A stretch of DNA of 64,000 bases from positions 71,609-135,608 of the forward strand of contig CAYUNW010000002.1 in NCBI GenBank assembly GCA_964446235.1. Direction: 5' to 3'. The DNA is from an uncultured Gammaproteobacteria bacterium. Its GTDB lineage: Bacteria > Patescibacteriota > Microgenomatia > 2-02-FULL-39-11. The notes under the pieces are model-generated. The model was not told the origin of the DNA. It did not search any database and was given only the letters and a program-made list of their open reading frames with translations. This document shows, piece by piece, positions 39,892 to 47,264 of the stretch. A program made the translations under genes and the position numbers. Position 1 is the stretch's first letter, and every line of letters starts with the position of its first letter.

Positions 39892-41637
39892 TTACAATAT
39901 TCCGATTATCCTTCCGACTCTATTTCTTCTTCTGGAGATTCCAGGACGATATTTGTATATCATTTTATCGGCGCTAACATCAAAAACTACATTATCATAT
40001 CCGCATAGGTAGACTTTTTGGATACCGTCGTCAATACCCAAAGCATAACTTAAATCCCTATAAGTCCAAGTACCGTCTACAAAAATCAGATGGTTTTCAA
40101 AAAAAACTCCCATAACATAATTACCCAAACTAAACGGCATATTCGGCTCATACAAAAATCCGGTCAGTGAATCACGATGGAAATCCCACAATTCTGTCTG
40201 TCTTATGCCGGTATGGAATAATCCTGTCATCTCAGGTATATCCTTTGCAGATATATCAGAACTTTGCCGAAAATAGTCAATTATGTGTGCTTCATCACTT
40301 TCAAACCTTAAAATATATACCGGATCGTTACTTATATTGACTTGGTAGGTAATAATACTCCTTCCAAAGATTTCGATATAAAATTCATCATTTATATACT
40401 TTTGAGGTGATAAGTTAGCAATAGATTGACCGCTATTTACCCTATCGTTTTTTATAAATCTTCTGATATAGTATGGTTTACCATTGTTAAATAAATCTTG
40501 CATATAATTTCTTGGTACTTTCAATACATATTCCGGCGGAGGCAAGCTACTTTCTCTCCAATTTGTAAAATCATCAGAAGTATTGGATATTGGCCAACCA
40601 GAAAAAACTCGGATATTGTCTTCATTCCAGTCAAAACGTGTTGTTAACATTTTCAAAATATCAGCAATTTGTCCATCTTGCCTTGAGGTATCAATTACAT
40701 ATCCTCTTGGCGGATATTCCCGATCCAATTCCGGGGCATAAGGAGACGTTGTATCCGTCACCTCCGCCAACAGCGTCACTAGTTCCGAACGCATTTCATA
40801 CCATCCCATCCATTCGGCAAGAGATGCGGCAAGTCTACCGCGTAACCTCTTGGCAGGTTTCAACCAATCAGGAGATTGGAAATTATGCCAGATATCGGTA
40901 ATTTTCAATATCAGTATTGCCAAATGGTCATCTGTCAAAAATGCCTGGTCAAATAATTTTCTCAAGTTATAGACTACCTCAAATACAGGTTCCATCTCAT
41001 ATCTATGCAACTTTTGTTGAGGCAAACTCCCTTTCAACCGTCCGCTAGCCATAAATGCCGAAATCATCTTAAAAATTTGTGTGGCTTCTAATTCTGATCT
41101 TATTTGACGTCCTTGAGGGGAAAACTCATCCGGTAATTGAACTTCTGTCAATCCTTTTATCAAACCTTTAAGATATTCAGCTTTTTGGGTATCAGCAAAC
41201 TCTCTAGCAAAAACATCAAGCCACTTATCCGGTCTATCCAATTCATCACCCAGATCCACATCTTCTGCTACATCATGAAGTAAATATGCACAAGGCAAAG
41301 TCCAATTAAGTCCTGTATCAACTAATTTATCAGCCCCTTCTAATGGATGATAAATATACGGAATTTTTTTCCCTTGTTCATCAAGGCTTTTTCGATACCT
41401 TTTCTGGGAATCATAATTCCATTGATGGGCAACTGTTGAGATGATCAGAGCCCGCTCGATATAAGAAGCTTCCAAAGGAGAATATTTTGCCCTGACTTTA
41501 TCCAGGAAACCATTTATCTTTTCAGCATATCGGGAATCAGATTCAACGAATCTATCAAATAACTCATAAAAGGTGAATTCCTGACTACCAATATCCTCAA
41601 CCTGTATTTTCTGCTGTAAAAGTTCCGGAGTTGCCAT
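39892..41637 (-). CDS. HD-domain protein (RelA/SpoT-type hydrolase-like N-terminus) with ~400-aa uncharacterised C-terminal region
   Basis: AHQWNYDSQKRYRKSLDEQGKKIPYIYHPLEGADKLV...CAYLLHDVAEDVD matches the H...PYIxHPL...LLHDvvED layout of (p)ppGpp hydrolase HD domains. I see no synthetase, TGS or ACT motif downstream. I prefer the ATG at 41637 (MATPELL). Confidence 0.6.
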   Translation of the reverse strand: MATPELLQQKIQVEDIGSQEFTFYELFDRFVESDSRYAEKINGFLDKVRAKYSPLEASYIERALIISTVAHQWNYDSQKRYRKSLDEQGKKIPYIYHPLEGADKLVDTGLNWTLPCAYLLHDVAEDVDLGDELDRPDKWLDVFAREFADTQKAEYLKGLIKGLTEVQLPDEFSPQGRQIRSELEATQIFKMISAFMASGRLKGSLPQQKLHRYEMEPVFEVVYNLRKLFDQAFLTDDHLAILILKITDIWHNFQSPDWLKPAKRLRGRLAASLAEWMGWYEMRSELVTLLAEVTDTTSPYAPELDREYPPRGYVIDTSRQDGQIADILKMLTTRFDWNEDNIRVFSGWPISNTSDDFTNWRESSLPPPEYVLKVPRNYMQDLFNNGKPYYIRRFIKNDRVNSGQSIANLSPQKYINDEFYIEIFGRSIITYQVNISNDPVYILRFESDEAHIIDYFRQSSDISAKDIPEMTGLFHTGIRQTELWDFHRDSLTGFLYEPNMPFSLGNYVMGVFFENHLIFVDGTWTYRDLSYALGIDDGIQKVYLCGYDNVVFDVSADKMIYKYRPGISRRRNRVGRIIGIL

Positions 41638-41685
41638 ATTTAGCGCTATAGGATAACAATAAATTGTAAAAATTACAATCAATTA

Positions 41686-41718
41686 GTTATCAGACGTCAG
41701 CTATCAGCTGTCAGTGTC
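41686..41718. repeat. Heptamer tandem array (GTTATCA/GCTATCA/GCTGTCA)
   Basis: GTTATCAGACGTCAGCTATCAGCTGTCAGTGTC, period 7, in the reverse orientation relative to the 39248 array. Confidence 0.75.
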
Positions 41719-41832
41719 TAGAATTTAGAATTTTGAATTAAAAGATAGGAGTTAATTTAGTAATTAAAATAAGTAGTTAATATATATTCTTTTGTATATT
41801 GGGAAATACTAGAAATAAAATAGGTTTTTTTG

Positions 41833-41923
41833 CCAAAAAAAATGACTCTGCCTGGCCCCTATGGGTTACAATGTTGCGAATTACGGCGCAACCCATCTTA
41901 CAGGGACTCGGCGCGAGTCATTT
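41833..41923 (-). terminator. Unusually long GC-rich hairpin with flanking A/T runs (bidirectional terminator-like)
   Basis: Outer stem AAATGACTC (41840-41848) / GAGTCATTT (41915-41923). Inner stems ATGG..CCAT and GTTGCG/CGCAAC. An 8-nt U run follows on the minus strand, downstream of the lipoprotein stop (41959). Confidence 0.45.
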
Positions 41924-41958
41924 TTATCAACTTTTCGGCTGCGAGGTTTGCCGAAAGT

Positions 41959-42483
41959 TTATTCCCAGGCGGCTATCCAGCCATCCCGGAATCGAACGTA
42001 AATCACGATATCATCATCAATTTTGATCTTCATGGTTTGAGTAGACCAATCAACTGACTCTTGCCCAGTGTTGTAATCAGCTGAAGTGTCGACTGTCATC
42101 TGAGTATTGACTTCCCATACACCATCCTTATCAATCTTGATGAACAAAACCGAATAGGTAATATTCACGCCACCGCTAATAAACATATTTGAACCATCTG
42201 GTCCGAATGTTACCGACTGTCCATGAGGTACTGGTTGAAATTTCAAGTTTGGTACAACTGAATCATCTACAGCGCGTATTTTCCAGGACGGCACAGTAAA
42301 TGACTCCTCAGTCGGTTCGATTTCAATAACCTCAGACTCAGGTGTCGCAGTCGGTTGGTACGACGGGGCAATAAAAACTGGCTCAGAAGCAGCCGGCTGT
42401 TGTTCTCCTGAACCAATACACGCTGTCAGTCCTACTACGCCAAAAATTACCACTAAAGTTACGTAAAACAAATTTTTCTTCAT
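41959..42483 (-). CDS. Lipoprotein, unknown function
   Basis: MKKNLFYVTLVVIFGVVGLTAC gives a signal peptide plus lipobox (LTAC). I prefer the ATG at 42483. Confidence 0.7.
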   Translation of the reverse strand: MKKNLFYVTLVVIFGVVGLTACIGSGEQQPAASEPVFIAPSYQPTATPESEVIEIEPTEESFTVPSWKIRAVDDSVVPNLKFQPVPHGQSVTFGPDGSNMFISGGVNITYSVLFIKIDKDGVWEVNTQMTVDTSADYNTGQESVDWSTQTMKIKIDDDIVIYVRFRDGWIAAWE

Positions 42484-42696
42484 CAGAAACTCCTCCATTT
42501 TTGGAATATCCTGATGCTTTCATCTCATTCCAATTTAGACCATCTGGTTTAGAATCCTCGCGCGAGACTAAGCATGGGATAAGAATAGACCTATAAAATA
42601 GATCATTTCTTACCCGATGCTTAATCATCCGTAAGGATTAATTTCAAAAATAAACTTCTTTGCAAAATATAGAAGCTATCTTTGACCTCGCAATTT

Positions 42697-42823
42697 TAAA
42701 GAGCAAAAACCACAATAAATCCGGATATATTTGGCTTCGCTATAGAAGCCGTATCCGGATAATATCGGGCAAGTTACATATTTTTTTGAATTTCCAGGCA
42801 CAATTTAGTCGTGCTTGAAAATT
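42697..42823 (-). ncRNA. Candidate small RNA (orphan promoter to hairpin/U-rich tract)
   Basis: Lies downstream of the consensus promoter at 42830-42858. The interrupted hairpin ATCCGGATA-c-GGCTTC-tatagc-GAAGCC-...-TATCCGGAT (42719-42760) is followed on the minus strand by UUUAUUGUGGUUUUUGCUCUUU. I recognise no known RNA family. Confidence 0.3.
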
Positions 42824-42829
42824 TGCGGT

Positions 42830-42858
42830 ATTATACCACTTTTCGTGCCTCTTGTCAA
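42830..42858 (-). promoter_or_regulatory. Near-consensus sigma70-type promoter with extended -10
   Basis: Minus strand: TTGACA (42858-42853), 17 nt, TGgTATAAT (42838-42830). It sits ~340 nt upstream of the lipoprotein ATG. Confidence 0.6.
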
Positions 42859-42870
42859 CCTATAGTAATT

Positions 42871-42905
42871 GTTATCAGACAACAGTTAACAAGTAACAAT
42901 TAACA
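42871..42905. repeat. Heptamer tandem array (GTTATCA/GTTAACA-type)
   Basis: GTTATCAGACAACAGTTAACAAGTAACAATTAACA, period 7. Confidence 0.7.
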
Positions 42906-42926
42906 TATATATGAATTAAACAGTTT

Positions 42927-43004
42927 GTCATTCTAAGTAATAGAGAAGAATCTCTACTTTGCTGGCAGGCAGGTTGAGAGATCCTTCACTTCGTTCAGGA
43001 TGAC
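42927..43004. repeat. Long imperfect palindromic element (GTCATTCTAAG...CAGGATGAC), copy 1
   Basis: The 5' arm GTCATTCTAAGTAATAGAGAAGAATCTCT pairs with the 3' arm AGAGATCCTTCACTTCGTTCAGGATGAC around GCTGGCAGGCAGG. Confidence 0.8.
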
Positions 43005-43016
43005 AGGTTGGTTATT

Positions 43017-43102
43017 GTCATTCTGAGTGAAACGAAGAATCTAGTTGCGAAGATACGCTATGCTAGATCCTTCATCCGCCTCTTCGGCGGATTCAGGATG
43101 AC
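43017..43102. repeat. Long imperfect palindromic element (GTCATTCTGAG...CAGGATGAC), copy 2
   Basis: GTCATTCTGAGTGAAACGAAGAATCTAG ... CTAGATCCTTCATCCGCCTCTTCGGCGGATTCAGGATGAC. The 3' arm carries a nested CCGCC-tcttc-GGCGG hairpin. Confidence 0.8.
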
Positions 43103-43115
43103 GCTTGAAACAGAT

Positions 43116-43160
43116 ATCTGATTACTGAATTCTGATAACTGAAAGCTGATAGCTGAAAGC
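43116..43160. repeat. Heptamer tandem array (CTGATTA/CTGATAA/CTGAAAG/CTGATAG)
   Basis: ATCTGATTACTGAATTCTGATAACTGAAAGCTGATAGCTGAAAGC, period 7. Confidence 0.8.
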
Positions 43161-43232
43161 CGACCAGCTCTTTATACTTTCTCCCCTATACCTTATACTT
43201 GAAACATAACCCGAAATACGGGATATTTAATT

Positions 43233-45419
43233 ATGGAAGAAAAGATTTTTTTGGAACTGCGTACCCCCAAAACCAGCGAGGAAACTCCGGAAAGCATGGC
43301 TCAGGTGTTTGCTTCACTCTACTCCGGCGGCCACATCCCTCACTGGAAAAGACTTTGGATCAAAGTACGTACACTCTCCTTTGAAATAGCCAGTTACAAC
43401 CAAACTATACGTTTCTTTTCTGTAATCCCCAAATCATATCAATCATTTATGGAAAGCCAGCTTACCAGCCAGTACCCAAAAGTACGGATTATCGAAAGCA
43501 ATGACTATACTCCTGAAGTACTGAAATCCCCATTTCTGGCTCTAGGCAATCTCAAGCTGGCTGACGCTTACTACTACCCTATCAAAACCTTCAAAAGTTT
43601 CCGCGAACTTGATCCTTTGTCAAGCATAATCGGTGTATTATCCAAACTTGGCAAAAACGAATCAGGCATGGTACAGGTGATCATCGAGCCGCCGCATTTC
43701 AACTGGCAAGGTGAAGTAATGCACATGATAGAGCGCGGCATCCCTACACCTACAACCCATGCGCCTGACCGGACTAAAGCCTTCCCCCATGCCAGGCTAA
43801 TTGAAGAAAAAACCAACCAATCGGGTTTCCGTACTTATATTAGACTCTTAATCGGAGCAGAAGACAGAAACAAAGCATTATCAATCCTCAATAACCTGGC
43901 AGGAGCCTTCGGAGCTTTTGCCTTAGGTGAAGGCAACAGGTTTGTCCTTAAAAGACCAAGACTATTTTTCAAAAAATGGACATTTGAAAAACTGATCAAA
44001 CGAGAAAAAAACCACTTCCCCAGAAAACAGATTCTCAATACCGAAGAACTGGCTACCATCTTCCATCCGCCAACCAATCTTTTGGCCGGTATCAAAAACA
44101 TCTCCTGGGGACATTCCCTGGTCGGCGAACCTCCCCAAAACTTACCCGTAGCCCAGGATTTGTCAGAAGATGAAAAAAGGGAGATCAATTTTTTTGCCAA
44201 AGCGGAATTCAAAAACCAGATGACTACTTTCGGTGTCAAAAGACCTGACCGTAGAAAACATATGTATATCATCGGAAAAACCGGTACCGGTAAATCTACA
44301 CTGATTGCCAATATGGCTATAAATGACGCACGTAACCGTGAAGGCTTGGCTATCATCGATCCGCATGGTGATTTATCCGAAATGATACTCAACTACATAC
44401 CGTCTCATAGGATAAACGATGTGGTATATCTGGAGCCTTTTGACCAGGAGCATCCTTTCTGGATGAATCCTTTGGAAGTCAAAAACCCGGCACACAAAGA
44501 ACTGATAGCCAGCGGTATAGTTTCCATATTCTATAAACTTTATTCATATTCCTGGGGACCTAGGCTTGAGTATATCCTAAGAAACGTCATCTTAACTCTT
44601 TTGGACTATCCCAATGCTACACTTACTATGGTACCTGACCTATTGGCTGACCAAAATTTCCGCATGAAAGTACTTAATAAAGGCCAAGATAGAATTCTGC
44701 AAAATTTCTGGAGAAACGAATTTGACAAAATGCATCCCAGGCTCAAAAGCGAAGCAATTGCCCCTATTCAAAACAAAATCGGCCAGTTTGTCACCTCTCC
44801 GACAATCCGCCAAATTCTGCAACAACCTGTTTCCACAATAGATCTTGAGGAAATTATGAATTCCGGCAAAATTTTGATACTTAATCTCTCACAGGGCAAA
44901 CTCGGTGAGGACAACGCCGCTCTCTTGGGGGCTATGTTTATCACCAAAATACAACTTGCTGCTATGAACAGGGTCAATGTGGCAGAAACAGAAAGAAAAG
45001 ATTTTTACCTCTATGTAGACGAGTTTCAAAATTTTGCTACCAGTTCTTTTATTAAAATCTTATCGGAAGCAAGAAAATACAGGCTAAACCTGATACTTGC
45101 CAACCAGTATATCGGCCAGGTCGAAGAAACAGTACAAAAAGCAATTTTTGGTAATGCCGGAACGCTCATCTCCTTTGTGGTTGGCGCTAATGATGCCAAA
45201 CACCTAACCCGAGAGTATGGACAATGGTACAAGGAAGAAGAACTGGTGCAACTTGGTGCATACCAGATAGTACTCAAGCTTGCCATAGACAACCTGACAT
45301 CACTTCCCTTCCATGCCGTCACTTTGCCTCCGCCAAAATCTATAAACCAAAACAGGGAAAAGATAATCAAAGTAAGCAAGGAAAGATATACGAAAAAACC
45401 AACAAAGAGTAGTCAGTGA
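43233..45419 (+). CDS. TraD/VirD4/HerA-like P-loop ATPase (coupling-protein-like) with soluble unknown N-terminal domain
   Basis: 728 aa. Walker A YIIGKTGTGKSTL (around aa 347), IIDPHGD, Walker B FYLYVDEFQNF, and LILANQY. The N-terminal ~330 aa have no TM helix. No other secretion or conjugation genes lie nearby. Confidence 0.65.
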   Translation: MEEKIFLELRTPKTSEETPESMAQVFASLYSGGHIPHWKRLWIKVRTLSFEIASYNQTIRFFSVIPKSYQSFMESQLTSQYPKVRIIESNDYTPEVLKSPFLALGNLKLADAYYYPIKTFKSFRELDPLSSIIGVLSKLGKNESGMVQVIIEPPHFNWQGEVMHMIERGIPTPTTHAPDRTKAFPHARLIEEKTNQSGFRTYIRLLIGAEDRNKALSILNNLAGAFGAFALGEGNRFVLKRPRLFFKKWTFEKLIKREKNHFPRKQILNTEELATIFHPPTNLLAGIKNISWGHSLVGEPPQNLPVAQDLSEDEKREINFFAKAEFKNQMTTFGVKRPDRRKHMYIIGKTGTGKSTLIANMAINDARNREGLAIIDPHGDLSEMILNYIPSHRINDVVYLEPFDQEHPFWMNPLEVKNPAHKELIASGIVSIFYKLYSYSWGPRLEYILRNVILTLLDYPNATLTMVPDLLADQNFRMKVLNKGQDRILQNFWRNEFDKMHPRLKSEAIAPIQNKIGQFVTSPTIRQILQQPVSTIDLEEIMNSGKILILNLSQGKLGEDNAALLGAMFITKIQLAAMNRVNVAETERKDFYLYVDEFQNFATSSFIKILSEARKYRLNLILANQYIGQVEETVQKAIFGNAGTLISFVVGANDAKHLTREYGQWYKEEELVQLGAYQIVLKLAIDNLTSLPFHAVTLPPPKSINQNREKIIKVSKERYTKKPTKSSQ

Positions 45420-45427
45420 TCGGATAT

Positions 45428-45460
45428 CGGCTGTCAGCTATCTGCTATCAGTTGTTAACA
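45428..45460. repeat. Heptamer tandem array (GCTGTCA/GCTATCA-type)
   Basis: CGGCTGTCAGCTATCTGCTATCAGTTGTTAACA, period 7. Confidence 0.75.
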
Positions 45461-45646
45461 ATCATATATATGTAGATTTTATAAATTTGAAGTTAATTTT
45501 GAAGAGAATTGAAGATTTGCAATTCTCGTACACTTAAAATCTTATTCTTTAATAAATGGATGCAAATCTTCACTTAGTGAGTTTAGGGGTAATTTTAAGA
45601 TTCTGAATAGAGAAAAACGAGCGTCTCTGAAAAATTAATTTCAATT

Positions 45647-46102
45647 TTATTTCTGACCTAAAACCAAGCGGGAGAAACGAGAGACGGTGATGTTTTCGCC
45701 AAGCTTGCCTATCACTTGCTTGACTAAAGTTTCTATTGTAATTTTGGGGTCGCGGATATATTCCTGCTTTAGAAGTGCTTTCACATCTTTTGGATCCATG
45801 GAAGCTATCTGTAAACAAATTTCATGTGCCAGATTTTTGAAATCATCGGTTCTTGCCACAAAATCAGTCTCACAAAGAATTTCTAGAAGGACACCGACTT
45901 TACTGCCGTGAACATAACTTTCGATAATACCTGCTTTGGTTTCCCGGGAGAGCTTTTTCTCCGACTTTTCTACTCCCCATTTTTTAAGAAGTTCGGTGGC
46001 TTTAGCAAAATCACCTTTGGTTTCATCTAGAGCTCTTCGGCAATCCATCACTCCACCACCTGTTTTTTCCCTTAATTTCTTGATATCTTCAACTTTTATC
46101 AT
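45647..46102 (-). CDS. tsf: Elongation factor Ts (short form)
   Basis: 151 aa. N-terminal UBA-like IKKLREKTGGGVMDCRRALDETKGDFAKATELLKKWG. Directly downstream of rpsB. Confidence 0.9.
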   Translation of the reverse strand: MIKVEDIKKLREKTGGGVMDCRRALDETKGDFAKATELLKKWGVEKSEKKLSRETKAGIIESYVHGSKVGVLLEILCETDFVARTDDFKNLAHEICLQIASMDPKDVKALLKQEYIRDPKITIETLVKQVIGKLGENITVSRFSRLVLGQK

Positions 46103-46137
46103 ATTTTTTTCCTATTTTATATCAAATATTTTATATT

Positions 46138-47082
46138 TTATTTTTTATCTTTTTTTGGTCTGCCCCTCTTTTTCTTGACCGGTTCGGTTTCTTCTTTAAC
46201 AATTTCTTTTTTAGTTTCAGATTTATCAGCTTTCACATTTTTCTCAGGCTTTTTGGCTTTTGCAGGCTTGTCTTGCTTTGTTTCATCTTTTTTGATCTTG
46301 GATAGTTTTTCCTTAACTTCAGATTTTTTATCCGTTTGTTGTAACGGAATTTCTTTTTCTTCCTTCTGAACGGTCTTGTCTGTTTTTGCACCTTTTTGGG
46401 CAAGTTTGGCTCCTTCGATATAAGCATCCATTAGAAATTCGGTAATTATCTGGATACTCCCAACAGCATCATCATTGGCCGGTATGCTGTAGTTTACTCC
46501 TCTAGGATCTGTATTGGTGTCTACCATACCAATAACAGGCAGATGTTTTATAGTGCTTTCTGTATAAGAAATGATTTCTCTTTTGACGTCTACGATAAAA
46601 ACCGCATCCGGTATAGCCGTCAAATCCGCAACACCCTGATAAACCATTTCAAGTTTTCTAAGGATTTTGGCATGCCCTACCTGCTCGTGTTTGGGGAATT
46701 TACTCCAGGAACCATCAGCTTTTTCTTTCCTGTAAGTATTCATCTTATCAATGTTTTTCTTGACTTCACCCCAGTTGGTAAGAAGTCCGCCAATCCAGCG
46801 GTTGGTCATATATGGAAGTTTTGCTTTTTTGGCCGCATCCGTCACTACTCCTTTGGCTTGTCTTTTGGTAGCGACGACCAAAACAACTTTACCTTCTTTG
46901 CCCAGGTTTTCCATATATTGGGCTGCTTTAAGCAGTCTAGAGCGGGTCTTGGCCAAATCTATGATATGAACACCGTCCCTTTCTCCATAAATATATTCAC
47001 TAGCCTTAGGATGCCATTTTTCTGCCTTATGGCCGAAATGACAACCGGCTTCCAAAAGTTCCGTCAGTTTTATATCTTTCAT
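46138..47082 (-). CDS. rpsB: 30S ribosomal protein S2 with ~90-aa Lys-rich C-terminal extension
   Basis: LLEAGCHFGH..., and the MTNRWIGGLLTNW and VFIVD motifs. The tail ends PVKKKRGRPKKDKK. Confidence 0.95.
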   Translation of the reverse strand: MKDIKLTELLEAGCHFGHKAEKWHPKASEYIYGERDGVHIIDLAKTRSRLLKAAQYMENLGKEGKVVLVVATKRQAKGVVTDAAKKAKLPYMTNRWIGGLLTNWGEVKKNIDKMNTYRKEKADGSWSKFPKHEQVGHAKILRKLEMVYQGVADLTAIPDAVFIVDVKREIISYTESTIKHLPVIGMVDTNTDPRGVNYSIPANDDAVGSIQIITEFLMDAYIEGAKLAQKGAKTDKTVQKEEKEIPLQQTDKKSEVKEKLSKIKKDETKQDKPAKAKKPEKNVKADKSETKKEIVKEETEPVKKKRGRPKKDKK

Positions 47083-47087
47083 ATATT

Positions 47088-47117
47088 CAGTAAACAGTTA
47101 ACAGATAACATTTAACA
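47088..47117. repeat. Heptamer tandem array (CAGTAAA/CAGTTAA/CAGATAA)
   Basis: CAGTAAACAGTTAACAGATAACATTTAACA, period 7, immediately 5' of the rpsB start codon. Confidence 0.7.
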
Positions 47118-47146
47118 AAAAAAGACAGAAGATATTACTTCTGTCT
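47117..47146 (-). terminator. Rho-independent terminator downstream of guaB
   Basis: Minus strand: AGACAGAAG-uaauauc-UUCUGUCU followed by U7. Confidence 0.65.
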
Positions 47147-47264
47147 AGTAACATCTCCTTTATCAAAAGGCTGATTCTAGATATTTTCCAAAATACCTAG
47201 AGGAGTTCATCAACCTATGAAAGTCTATATATAGTAGCAGAAAAATTAATTATCTTCAAGAATC

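Noticed and set aside
42383-42628. 81-aa ORF overlapping the lipoprotein start and leader
   Set aside because: It overlaps the lipoprotein signal-peptide coding region out of frame and has no RBS or motif. The region is better explained as a 5' leader.
43835-44392. 185-aa ORF antisense to the ATPase gene (also 43574-43816, 44163-44366, 44640-44977, 45026-45379)
   Set aside because: These are shadow ORFs entirely inside a well-supported CDS with clear P-loop motifs. Their sequences are low-complexity and motif-free.
39892-45646. Calling the island a type IV secretion or conjugative element
   Set aside because: Only a coupling-protein-like ATPase is present. There is no relaxase, VirB4, VirB6, pilin, integrase or oriT-like feature that I can recognise.
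45570-45818. 82-aa ORF overlapping the tsf 3' end
   Set aside because: It is out of frame with EF-Ts on the same strand and extends into the intergenic repeat region. It has no motif.
46543-47115. 190-aa ORF antisense to rpsB (and 46175-46427, 46751-46969)
   Set aside because: They lie antisense to a highly conserved ribosomal protein gene, and their composition is typical of shadow frames.
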